Positions 12,422-25,900 of a DNA stretch of 64,000 nt are shown here, piece by piece. The DNA is taken from NCBI GenBank assembly GCA_951406725.2, contig OX597825.1, positions 71,672,001-71,736,000 on the forward strand, in the 5' to 3' direction. The translations under genes and the position numbers were made by a program. Position 1 is the first letter of the stretch; the number at the start of each line of letters is the position of its first letter. Below the pieces are notes generated by a model, which saw nothing but the letters and a program-made list of their open reading frames with translations, did not search any database and was not told the origin of the DNA. The DNA comes from Octopus vulgaris. Taxonomy: Eukaryota.

Positions 12422-12798
12422 TCACACACACTGCAAAATGTCGACAAACCAAATCGAACAGATTTCGTTTAGTGTGTTGGTCAACCGTAATCTATAGCAG
12501 AAGATTCTTACTGAGGGTATCATACAATACGTGTGTATGTGTGTGTGTTTATTATGTGTGTGTGTTTATTATGTGTTGTGTGTGTTGATTATGTGTATGT
12601 GTTTATGCATGTGTGTGTTTATGTGTGTGTGTGTGTGTGTGCGCGCGCTTTCGTAGAAACGTTAGCCTACGCATGACACTGGAACTTGGCGCAGTTGGCT
12701 CCTCTGGTTCACTGGCTCATGCGTGTAGTTATTTTCTCGGTTTTCTTTTGCCGCACCGCTAATTTACGGACAACTTCGGTGGGGGACAAACAAACATA

Positions 12799-12960
12799 GG
12801 CGCAGGAGTGGCTGTGTGGTAAGTAGCTTGCTAACCAACCACATGGTTCCGGGTTCAGTCCCACTGTGTGGCACCTTGGGCAAGTGTCTTCTGCTATAGC
12901 TCCGGGCCGACCAATGCCTTGTGAGTGGATTTGGTAGATGGAAACTGAAAGAAGCCCGTC

Positions 12961-13005
<45 letters not shown>

Positions 13006-13218
13006 TGTGTGTGTTTGTGCGTCTGTGTTCGTCCCCCCAGCATTGCTTGACAACCGATGCTGGTGTGTTTATGTCCCCGTCACTTAGCGGTTCGGCAAAA
13101 GAGATCGATAGAATAAGTACTGGGCTTACAAAAGAATAAGCTCCTGGGTCGAGTTGCTCGGTTAAAGGCGGTGCTCCAGCATGACCGCAGTCAAATGACT
13201 GAAACAAGTAAAAGAGTA
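12799..13218 (+). mobile_element. SINE family B
   Basis: Full-length match to family B. Confidence 0.85.
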
Positions 13219-13289
13219 GAGAGAGAGTAAACACAGTGGTTCTGGGTTCAGTCGCACTGCGTGACACTTTGGGGCAGCCTTGGTGTTTC

Positions 13290-14010
13290 TACTCAGAACA
13301 AACAAAGTTATATGGGGAACTTGTAAATGGAAAGAGGCATCTGCTGTGATTTAAGGACTGTATCAAGTCCTCATTAAAGGCCTGAGATATACAGGAGACT
13401 GACTGGGAGAGCAATACCTGTCATCGCCACAGATGGAGGAAGCAGGTTAAGGAGGGGGTCGATGCCTTAGAGAGAGCACGTATTCTGCATGAAGTGGAGG
13501 CGCAATGGCCCAGTGGTTAGGGCAGCGGACTCGTGGTCATAGGATCGCGGTTTCGATTCCCAGACCGGGCGTTGTGAGTGTTTATTGAGCGAAAACACCT
13601 AAAGCTCCACGAGGCTCCGGCAGGGGATGGTGGTGATCCCTGCTGTACTGTTTCACCACAACTTTCTCTCACTCTTACTTCCTGTTTCTGTTGTACCTGT
13701 ATTTCAAAGGGCCGGCCTTGTCACTCTCTGTGTCACGCTAAATATCCCCGAGAACTACGTTAAGGGTACACGTGTCTGTGGAGTGCTCAGCCACTTACAC
13801 GTTAATTTCACCAGCAGGCTGTTCCGTTGATTGAATGTGCACTGCTGGTGTAGTGAATGGGGAAATTCTAGTTTGCAATGTTTTCAGTCTTATATGCTTG
13901 TCAAGAGCAGGGCTCATTAGCCACCAACGGAGCCGCAAATGCTAAATATAAGTTAGTCCTAGAGCGCACAATGTTCCTAAATTTAAGCAATGGTCTTCTT
14001 CGGTCACGAG
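13290..14010 (+). mobile_element. 3' fragment of an RTE-clade LINE interrupted by SINE family C
   Basis: KDCIKSSLKA*DIQETDWESNTCHRHRWRKQVKEG before the SINE and CLSRAGLISHQRS after it, typical of RTE ORF C-termini. Confidence 0.55.
13495..13830 (+). mobile_element. SINE family C
   Basis: Near-identical to 5938-6300. Confidence 0.85.
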
Positions 14011-14017
14011 TAGACGG

Positions 14018-14584
14018 GTATGTATGTATGTATGTATGTATGTATGTATGTATGTATGTATGTATGTATGTATGTATGTATGTATGTATGTATGTATGTA
14101 TGTATATGTGTGTATGTGTGTGTGTGTGTGTATGTATGCATATATGTATGTGTGTATGTGTGTGTGTATGTATGCATGTGTGTGTGCGTATGTATGTATG
14201 CATGTGTGTGTGCGTATGTATGTATGTATGTATGTGGGTATGTGTGTATGTATGTATGTGTATGTATGTATGTATGTGTGTGTGTATGTATGTATGTATG
14301 TATGTATGTATGTGTGTATGTGTGTGTATATATGTATGTATGTATGTATGTGTGTATATATGTATGTGTGTATGTGTGTATATATGTGTGTGTATGTATG
14401 TATGTATGTGTGTATGTGTGTATGTATGTGTATGGATGTATGTGTGTGTGTATGTATGCCTGTATGTATGTATGTATGTGTGTGTATATATGTATGTATG
14501 TGTGTATATGTGTATGTATGTATGTATGTATGTATGTATGTATGTATGTATGTATGTATGTGTGTGTGTGTGTATGTATGTGTG

Positions 14585-14618
<34 letters not shown>

Positions 14619-15461
14619 TGTATGTATGTATGTGTGTATGTATGTGTGTATGTATGTATGTGTGTGTATGTATGTATGTATGTATGTATGTATGTATGTA
14701 TGTGTGTATGTATGTGTATGCATGTATGTGTGTGTATGCATGTATGTATGCATGTATGTATGTATGTATGTATGTATGTGTGTGTGTATATATGTATGTA
14801 TGTATGTATGTATGTGTGTATGTGTGTATGTGTGCATGTGTGTATGTATATATGTAGGTGTTTATGTGTGTATGTATGTATGTGTGTGTATGTATGTATG
14901 TATGTATGTGTGTATGTGTGTACGTATGTATGTGTATGCATGTATGCATGCATTATGTATGTATGTATGTATGTATGTATGTATGTATGTATGTGTATAT
15001 ATATGTGTATGTATGTATGTATGTATGTGTGTATGTATGTATGTATGTATGTGTGTATGTGTATATGTGTGTGTGTGTACGTATGTATGTATGCATGTAT
15101 GTGTGTGTATGCATGTATGTATGCATGTATGTATGTGTGTGTATATATATGTATGTATGTGTGTATGTGTGCATGTGTGTATGTATGTATGTATGTATGT
15201 ATGTATGTATGTATGTGTGTGTGTATGTATGTATGTGTGTATATATGTATGTATGTATGTATGTGTGTGTATATATGTATGTGTGTATGTATGTATGTAT
15301 GTATGTATGTGTGTATGTGTGCATGTGTGTATATATGTATGTATGTATGTATGTAAGTATGTATGTATGTATGTATGTATGTATGTATGTATGTATGTAT
15401 GTGTGTGTGTATGTATGTATGTATGTATGTATGTATGTATGTATGTATGTATGTATGTATG
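14018..15461. repeat. ~1.45 kb compound (TATG)n/(TG)n microsatellite
   Basis: Directly visible; generates the spurious MYVC/HTYI ORFs. Confidence 0.97.
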
Positions 15462-15876
15462 CTACTGGCAACAGGTATCCCAGTACAACCTATCATATGG
15501 TTGGGCTGTTGATGACAAAACAGACAACCATACTAAGTTTGTTTGGTAAGGGTACTTTCTGTTTAAAACAAAACCTATGAAAAGGACGAAAGAAGTCAGG
15601 AAAATCAACGGTCATCCCACGGATAGGAATGAGAGCTCCCCGGTCCTTGTTTAAGATATTTCTCTTGGAGAAGGAAATTCCAAAAGAGCACCCACCTCAC
15701 TGCGAAGCTGGAGGGTCTTGTTCCTATTTTTTTCTGGATTACGTAGCTGTTTAGGTGAGAGTTTTTAATGGTGATGTGCAAGCTGTTATTGACATTAAAT
15801 ATCAGGAAAGCCATTGCTGAAAACTATTGTCTTTAACATCTCGGGTAAGACAATTTGTCAATAATTGTCGTACTCT

Positions 15877-16279
<403 letters not shown>

Positions 16280-16977
16280 TGTATGTACGTTTGAAAGCCA
16301 GGATTTACGCGTGCCATATCTGTAAAGTTTTATGGGGAATTCCTTTACTGAGCAAAAATACTGACAGATAGATCATCAATGATTTTAATCGTCGGATGAT
16401 ATACAATATATACAATTAAATGGATTTAACTATAAATAGATTGGATAATTTATTCATTGTCACACGCACACACACAGTCACGTGATTACGCGCACGCACA
16501 GTAGTCATAAATATTACCATGTGTAGGAGAACATAAATTAGTAAAATAAATGAGTTACAACTAATGACTCCTTTCCGGTATCTACCCCACCGATGTTGAA
16601 ATCAGTAATAATAATCCATGGTGTACATTTAATCAGAACCGATCTTTATCAACAGGGAGTCAAATTCAAAGTAACAGCGTTGAGAAGAAATAGGTTGTTT
16701 CAAAAAGAATGACGCTAAACAAACGCGATATTGCCAACTGTCTGACATTTTCATGAAGGATGGATATTAAAATGAACATAATAGATAAGAATCCCGCTTT
16801 TTGAAGATATATAAAATCAGTAAGCTTTTTGGTTTTCATTTCTCGTGTGCTTATTTGCATAATTCGGTATATATACAATTATATATTTCTTCATGTTGTA
16901 TTTTTCTATATTCCTCTGTCTCGCTCATCCAATCAAATATTGTTGACGATTTAAATTTCATTAATTATGGTGGAATT

Positions 16978-19900
16978 ATGAAGCTACAGACATTGCTAAG
17001 CACATATGTTTTAACCGTCCTTCTACAACATTCAGACGAGGAACAGCGAAGTTCAAATTCCCATCGGTATCTAACACTGCAACTTGTGGCAGATATACAT
17101 AATTACAACGACTGGAAATTAGGTCGTTTCTACACAATTGAAACCATGATTGATTTAGCCACAAACAAAATTTTTTTTTTCGAAGATTCAGTAACTCTGC
17201 GCGTTTACTTCAGCGATTTACTTGTTGGTTATCCCCTCCAATTTTTGCAATTTGTCAACAATCAACCATACGAAATGACTTACAACCAAACCTGTGATGG
17301 TGATTATAAAAGTGCCGGAACTTTCTGCCAACAGTCCGATGTAGGTGGTAAGTCGTACAAAACAAAAGGATACTGCTGTCCTGAAAGTCTCCAGATGCAT
17401 TGTATTCTATATGATCCTTTATGGTATTCTGTTAATACTCTCGGCAACCCTATAATTATTCAAAGTCTTATGGTAGAGGTCTTTAGAAAAGAAAAACACG
17501 CTGTAAAAGTAGTGCAAAGTGTCGCACAAAGCAATCGTTTTCTTGTCAACGGCAAAACTATCGAGAAGAGAGACGACGACCTTTATTTCACGGCCCGCGT
17601 TCTTCACCAGACCAACTTTAGTTGTAGACAGATAATTTGTTCAAATTTAAATTATTTATTGATACCCGTTGCAAACTCGGCCCTAAACGATAGAAATCCA
17701 CAGGCAAAAACGGACATAAAAGGTGTTAATGAGTACTTGCTTATTAAGAAAAAATATTTTGATTTAAAAGGAACATCTTGTGGAGCAATAGGAATTGTTG
17801 CCGGCGCCGTTTTGAAAAAGACCGACCGTTGTACAAAATCCTTTGTCAAAACTTGTTTCAAGAATCAACCATTGAGTTTCTGGCTTGAAGATAATTTGAA
17901 GAAATTGAACAATAATGTGGAGTCAGACAGATCAAAATATTTCCTATCGCATTTTACCAAGCCAATGGCTCCTTATACTGGAAAAGTTCCCGGTTGGGTA
18001 TCAAATAAATCGTTGTTATTTGTAGAGAATAAAAGGCATTCAGTTCGGGCACAGCTAGATATTATAATAAATCTTAACAAAGATCTTCTTCCTTCTGCAA
18101 TTCCATTATTAAGTGAAGGATCCATTGGAACCTTGTACGGCCACCCATTTTCAGATAGTGGCCACCAATATGAGATTGGTATAAATGTAATTAACATAGG
18201 ACTGATTACAGGAAACTTTAAAGTATTATTAAACTGTGAACCTGATAGACAGTTCAAGACTTATACGTTGACCCCATTTCAAGGAGAAACAGTGATATTT
18301 TTTCACAAGTTTGAATCTATTGAAGGAGGCATTATTCCTGGAAATACTGCCAAATTACAATTTCCAGTGCAGTGTGTAATAGAATTATGGAATGAAGATC
18401 AGAAAACAGTTAAGTCAAAATACCTTATTTTAAAAAGAAACAAACTCTGTTTATGTCTAGTTGGTTGTAAATGTAGTTGTGATCCACCATATCCGTGTGA
18501 AGTGAAAAAAGCTAAAATGATCCATTCTCCGGTCACGGCTATTTTCCGAGACGAAACATTAGTTATTTTCGGTATAGTTTTACTTTTTCTTATGATACTT
18601 AATATGTTAAAACTCATTTTTGGATTTTGTTTTCCGGTATCTATTGGCGAAGCAGGGCTGTGTGTTTTTATAAAAAGCAACTATCAGTGTAAATATTTCG
18701 ATAAAGATCTTCAATATAAAGCTGTAAAATATAATAAAGACGGTTACCCAATGCACCCCAAAACGAAGCGAAGAGTGCGTGCTCTGTCACAAAAGCAAAT
18801 GGGGATTATGAATTTCTTTTTTTTCTTTTATTTGCCATTTATTGGCATTCATTGGCTTTTAGTACGAAAATATATAAATAAAAAGAAATCAGATATAATG
18901 TGGAATAAATTAGAAACAAATATCCAACTGATTCACGAAGGTGACGAAGAGCGTAGTTTGCACGAATCTTTACGAAAAACAACATGTCATTATTCATCAT
19001 CAGATCACTCCGAATTGCCAGATCATATCGAAGAAAAACGGAGTGCTATATTAAATGAATATGGGAAAAGAGTATGCAGACCAAAACGTCGGGAAGATTC
19101 GATTTGCAAACCGTCGAAAAAATCACAGAAACAATCTTCAGAAGACTATCGATCAAAGACTAAATTTAAAAGCATGCTTGCTAATATCATGAGAACTGAC
19201 AAGGATTCTACGTCATCAGAAAGTCTAGAAAGTCAGAAAGGTAAGAGGGATAGATTATCAACATTTCCGTTGACTAAATCGACAAAACGACAGACGTATA
19301 GTACTTCTATAGGACACGAGACTAGTTCATCATCGTTTGAGCCTCCATGCCAACCAACCAGTGAATCTATGAAAGGTATAATTCAGTTTCCACTATCAGA
19401 ATTAATTCTCGATGTTCCTCAAGAGAAGCCACCAGAGGATACTGACAAAAGAAGGATTGAGCGTGGCAATGTAGACGCAACAACTCTCTCTGAAATTGAA
19501 ATGAGTGATATTTCCTGTAGAGAAGTTGGGAAAAAGCCGTCTAAGACCAGCATCTTTAAAAAAAAGCTGTCAAAACCAAAACGGAGCACACCACGTGTTT
19601 CCTGGACAGAGGCAGATTTTGAAGAACAAGTGTGCAGCAGCAAAGAAGGTAAACGGCGTTTTGGATTCAAAGGAAAATCACGGGTGTCATCGAGTAAAGA
19701 ATCCAGAGAAGTGCCAGTTGGACCGTTAGGTGAAGAGAGAGGTAGAGCATCACCAGCTAAGTTAGGTAGCTTTTCTGATGTTTCCGCTCAAGGAGTTGAG
19801 TGCATGCCTCTAGTAAAATCTATGAGTGCGTTTCCCGTACAGGAGAGGGAGTATGTTTCATCAAGACAACCATCGACTACAATGCCATTAACTTCGGAAA

Positions 19901-22900
19901 GGCCGTATACTTCAAGCAGGATGCATCCAAGTGAAATCACAAGAAGTGATATACTACAAAGATCAGTCATTTCACCGGATCAGAAAGAACAGCCAGCCAC
20001 ACTGAAAGGAGTCCCAGATGCTATGTTATACCCCCCAGCATCTCCCACATACACCAAAGAACCATCGGACGTTGCATTTGATCAACAGTTCGTTCGACGA
20101 TCTTCCGATGGCTTTCAGCATTTCTCCAGAGAACAACAACGAAGTCCGATATCTATGGTTATTTCCTTAGAACAACCGCCAATTGAACCAATTTTCGAGC
20201 AGAAGCAAACATCTTCGTTAGAACAAGAGCCGAGTCAATTGTCTAGAAAGGAAACGCAGCATATCTCCTTAGAACAATTGCGAAGTAGACAGCGTAGTGA
20301 AGATATGCAAGTTGTCTCCTTAGAAGAAGAGATGAGTCCACTATCTACCCAAGAGATTCAAGATATTTTCATGGGACAGCCGAGTAGAATTTCTGAGGAA
20401 ACGATGCAGCGCATTACTGGAGTTCAACAGTCGACTTCCACGGCTTCAGCACCTTGTTTCGAGTTTGAAAAATCGCCATTACGTCAACAACTTGACGTGT
20501 TACCCACACAAGAACGAAAGTACAAATCGATGGTAGAGCCAGAGACTCAATTTCCTGTAAAAGACACTCTGTACAAACTGCACTCAGATGGGAAATTATC
20601 TGAAAAAGACAAAGTAACCACTTCAATAGCAGCGCAACAGAGAAAACAATCGAAAAAGGGACACTATCGAGTATCCTTTTTTGATACACCTATATTTGCA
20701 CCTAAAAAAGTAGATGTTAGTTTTGTACCACCAGATGACATAACAACACCGACTTCACCAATGTACGATCAAAAACCAATAAGTATGAGAAAGAGATCTT
20801 CTTCAGCTGATCATCGAAGTCAAATATCCAGAAAAGATACAGTGGAGAGTTCCTTTGAACAACGGCCAAGTGAAACTTACATAGGGGATGTCAAAGAAAC
20901 TCTACCAACATATGATTCAAGAGGTGTATTTGAAGAACTGCATATTCCATCACCTGAAAGGCAGGCTTCAATGCTGTATGATACAGTGAGAGACACGCGG
21001 CATAATATATCGGAAGTGTATAGCCTGTTAACAGACCAAGTAAGTCAACCATCTGTTGAAAGAGAGGGTGCTATCGGGTCGATAACAGAACAGCGAAGTC
21101 GGATATCTGAAACAATGAGTGTTCCGCGTTCCATAACGGACCAGCGGCGTGAAGTATATGAAAGAGAGAGTATTCCCAGTACAATAGCTGATCAACGAAG
21201 TCGATTATCAGAAAGAGAGGGCACTATCAGATCGATATCAGATGAGCGAAGTCAGATACCGGTAACAATGAGTATTCCCAGTTCAATAATGGACCGTCGG
21301 ACCGAAATATCTGAAAGAGAAAGTATTCCCAGTCGATTATCCGAAAGAGAGGGTACTATCAGATCGATATCAGATGAACGAAGTCAGATACCGGTAACAA
21401 CGAGTATTCCATCTGCTGAAAAGCTTCACACTGTTTCATTCCAAGAACAGCCAGATCAAACGTCAACAGTTACCGAAATTTCTCCTCCGGTCACAGAACA
21501 ATATAGCAGTATATCCCCACAAGAAAGGTCACATCTGGAAATGAGAGACAGAGATCAACAATCAGACATAGAGACAAAACCATACATGCCAGTAACAGAT
21601 CTGTTAGATCTAAGAGAAAAGAAAAAGAGTTTAGACGATTTATTAGCAAAGTATGGCATTGAAACACGCGGTCAGATGATTGACAGTATAAGAGGAAGCT
21701 TATCAAGAGAAAGTAGGCATCTGCTAAGTGAAGAAAGAAAGAGTAAATCACTGTTGGATATACAGACTCCGTATTACACAGATACTGAGAGACAAATGTC
21801 TGAGAGAGAATTGCTTGGTTTAGAGAGAGAACGGTCAATTTCTTTAACTGGGCAAAAGAGTAAACACAGTTCGATACCAGAAGATCTAGATAAGTTGTCC
21901 ACAAGAGAAAGTGCACATAGTCTAGTGGCAGACAGACTGAGTGAAGTATACAAAAAGGATAGCATTCTCAGTTCAATAACAGATCAACGAAGTCCATTAT
22001 CACGAAGAGAGAGTGTTCTTAGTTTGCTAGATCAGCGGAGTCGCATTCCCAGTTCAGTACTAGATCAACGAAGCCTGTTGTCAGGACGAGAGAGTATTGC
22101 CATTTCAAAGCCATCTGAGCAGAGTCTGTTATCAGAAAAAGAGAGTATTCTCAGTCCGGTAGCTGACCAGAGGAGTCAGATATATGGAAGAGAGAGTACT
22201 CCTAGTTCAATAGCTGACCAACAAGTACAATTGTCAGAAAAAGAGAGTAGTCTCAGTTCAGTAGCCGACCAGCAGAGTCAAATTACTGTACGAGAGAGAA
22301 TTCGAAGTTCAATCGCAGACCAGCGAAGTCAAATATCTGGGCGAGAGAGTATTCCTAGTTCAGCAATAGGAGAACAAAGTGAAATATCGCCAAGAGCAAG
22401 CACTCCTAGTTCTATATCAGAGCAACCAATCTTATCACCAGAAAGAGAGAGTATAATTAGTTCGGTTCCATATCAGCGAAGTCAGATGCATGAGAGTGAA
22501 AGTTATACTAGCTCTGCAACAGACCAGCTGAGTCGAATACCACCAAGCGAAAGTGTTCCGAGTTCAACAATAAAACAACAAAGTCAGATTTCAGGAAGGG
22601 AAAGTATTCACAGTGCAGTACCATCCCATCTAAGCCATAGTTTCCTTAGTGAGAGTTCTCGCAGTTCTGTTGCAGATCAGCGGAGTCAGATATCTGGAAA
22701 ACAGAGAACGCCTACATCAATAATTGACCAAAGTAGTCAGATATCTGGAAGGGAAAGTACTCCGAGTTCCATAATTGACCAACGGAGTCAAATATCCGGA
22801 AGACAGAGAACTCCTACATCTATAATTGACCAACGAAGCAAGATATCTGGAAAAGAGAGTACTCATAGTACAATAACTGAAAAAGAGAGTCTTATATATG

Positions 22901-25900
22901 GAAGAGAAAGTACACCCAGTGTTGTTACAGAGCAGCAGAGCAAGATATCAGGAAAAGAAAGTATCGCTGGTTCAATGGTAGACCAACGAAGTCAGACATC
23001 ATCAAGAGAGACTACTCCTAGATATATGCCGGATAAACGTAGTCAAATATCTGGAAAAGAGAGTACTCCTAGTACAATAACTGACAAAATAAGGAGTAGT
23101 CCTAGCTCATCAAGGAGTGCTTCTCGCTCAGCAACTGACCAGCGGAGTCAGAGATCCGTGAGAGATGGTACTAGTACGCCTAGTTCAATTAGTGACAAGC
23201 GGAGTCAGGTATCTAGCAGAAAGAGTACTCCTAGTTCGGTAAGTGAACAACGGAAAAAAATATTGGGAAGAAAGAGTACTCCTAGTTCGATAACAGACAA
23301 ACGAAGTCCAATTTCTAGGAGTGACAGTACTACAACTACGAAATCAGACCGGCGGAGTCGAATAAGTGTAAAAAAGAGAACACCAAGCCCAAAGGTTGAC
23401 CAAAAGAGTCAGATGTCACAAAGGGAGAGCAAACCAAGTTCAGCGATAGCACAAAGAAGTCAAATATCTGGAAGTGAAAGTACAGTTAGTTCAACACATG
23501 ACCGACGGAGTCAGATTTCAGAAAAGGAAGGTATTACAGAACAACGAAGTGAGATATATCAAAGAGAGAGTATTCCTAGTACAATACAAGAGCAACGAAG
23601 TCGACTATCAGAAAGAGAGAGTACTATCAAATCGATATCAGATCAGCGAAGTCAGATATCGGGAACAAAGAGTATTCCCAGTTCAATAACGGACCGTCGG
23701 ACCGAAATGTCTGAAAGAGAGGGTATTCCTAGTACTATAGCAGATCAACGAAGTCGATTATACGAAAGAGAGAGTATTGTCAAATCGATACCAGATCAGC
23801 AAAGTCAGATATCAGGAACAATGAGTATTCCCAGTATAATAACGGAACCATGGAGTCAAATATCTGAAAGTATTCCCAGTACAAAAGCAGATCAAGGAAG
23901 TCGATTATCAGAAAGAGAGAACACTATCAGCTCGATATCTGATGAGCGGAGTCAGATATCAGGAACTATGAGTATCCCCCCCAGTTCAGTAACGGAGCGA
24001 CTAACTGAAGTATCTGGAAGACGGAGTACTCCCAGTACAATAGCAGATCAGCGAAGTCGATTAACAGAAAGAGAGAGTATTGTCAGATCGATATCAGATG
24101 CGCGAAGTCGGATATCGGGAAAGATGAGTATCTCCAGTTCAATAACGGATCGGCGGAGTCAAATATCTGGAAGAGAGAGTATTCCCAGTACAAAAACAGA
24201 TCAAAGAAGTCGATCATCAAAAAGAGAGAGTACTGTCAGATCGATATCAGATCAGCGAAGTCAGATATCGGGAACGATGAGTATCCCGCCCAGTTCAGTA
24301 ACGGAGCGACTAAGTGAAGTGTCTGAAAGACGGAGTACTCCCAGTACAATAGCAGATCAGCGAAGTCGATTATCAGAAAGAGAGAGCACTATCAGATCGA
24401 TATCAGATGAGCGAAGTCAGATATCGGGAACGATGAGTACCCCCGCCAGTTCAGTAACAGAGCGACTAAGTGAAGTTTCTGAAAGACGGAGTACTCCCAG
24501 TACAATAGCAGACCAGCGAAGTCGATTATCCGAAAGAGAGAGTACTCTCAGATCGATATCAGATGAGCGAAGTCAGATATCGGGAACGATGAGTATCCCC
24601 CCAAGTTCGGTCACGGACCGTCGGAGTGAAGTATCTGAAAGACGGAGTACTCCCAGTACAATAGCAGATCAACGAAGTCGATTATCAGAAAGGGAGAGTA
24701 CTATCAGATCGATAACAGATCAGCGAAGTCAGATATCGGGAACGATGAGTATCCCCCCCAGTTCAGTAACGGAGCGACTAAGTGAAGTATCTGAAAGACG
24801 GAGTACCCCCAGTACAATAGCAGATCAGCGAAGTCGATTATCCGAAAGAGAGAGCACTATCAGATCGATATCTGATGAGCGAAGTCAGATATCAGGAACG
24901 ATGAGTATCCCCAGTTCAATAACAGATCGGCGGAGTCAAATATCTGAAAGAGAGAGTATTCCCAGTACAAAAGTAGATGAGCGAAGTCGATTATCAGAAA
25001 GAGAGAGTACTATCAGATCGATAACAGATCAGCGAAGTCAGATATCAGGAACGATGAGTATCCCCGCCAGTTCAGTAACGGAGCAACTAAGTGAAGTTTC
25101 TGAAAGACGGAGTACTCCCAGTACAATAGCAGATCAGCGAAGTCGATTATCAGAAAGAGAGAGTACTCTCAGATCGATATATGATGAGCGAAGTCAGATA
25201 TCAGGAACGATGAGTATCCCCCCCCCAGTTCAGTAACGGAGCGACTAAGTGAAGTATCTGAAAGACGGAGTACTCCCAGTACAATAGCAGATCAGCGAAG
25301 TCGATTATCCGAAAGAGAGAGTACTCTCAGATCGATATATGATGAGCGAAGTCAGATATCAGGAACGATGAGTATCCCCCCCAGTTCAGTAACGGAGCGA
25401 CTAAGTGAAGTATCTGAAAGGCGGAGTACTCCCAGTACAATAGCAGATCAGCGAAGTCGATTATCCGAAAGAGAGAGCACTATCAGATCGATATCTGATG
25501 AGCGGAGTCAGATATCGGGAACGATGAGTATCCCCGTCAGTTCAGTAACGGAGCGACTAAGTGAAGTATCCGAAAGAGAGAGTACTCCCAGTACAATATC
25601 AGACGAGCAACGTCGATCATCAGAAAGAGAGAGTACTATAAGATCGATATCAGACGAACGAAGTCAGATTTCTGGAACAACGAGTATTCCCAGTTCAATA
25701 AGAGACTGGCCAAGCCAAGTAACTCAAAGAAAGAGTGTCTTAAGTTGGATGCCAGACCAACGAAGTCGATTGCCAGAGAGGGAGAGCATGGTTAGGTCGA
25801 CATACGATCAGCGAAGTGAGATATCTGAAAAAACGTATTTTCCAATTTCAACAACAGACTGGCGGAGTGAAATATCTGAAAGACATAGAATTTTTAGTAT

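Noticed and set aside
16801-16977. ORF-track start at TTG 16801
   Set aside because: Non-ATG start in a eukaryote; ATG 16978 directly precedes a signal-peptide-like segment.
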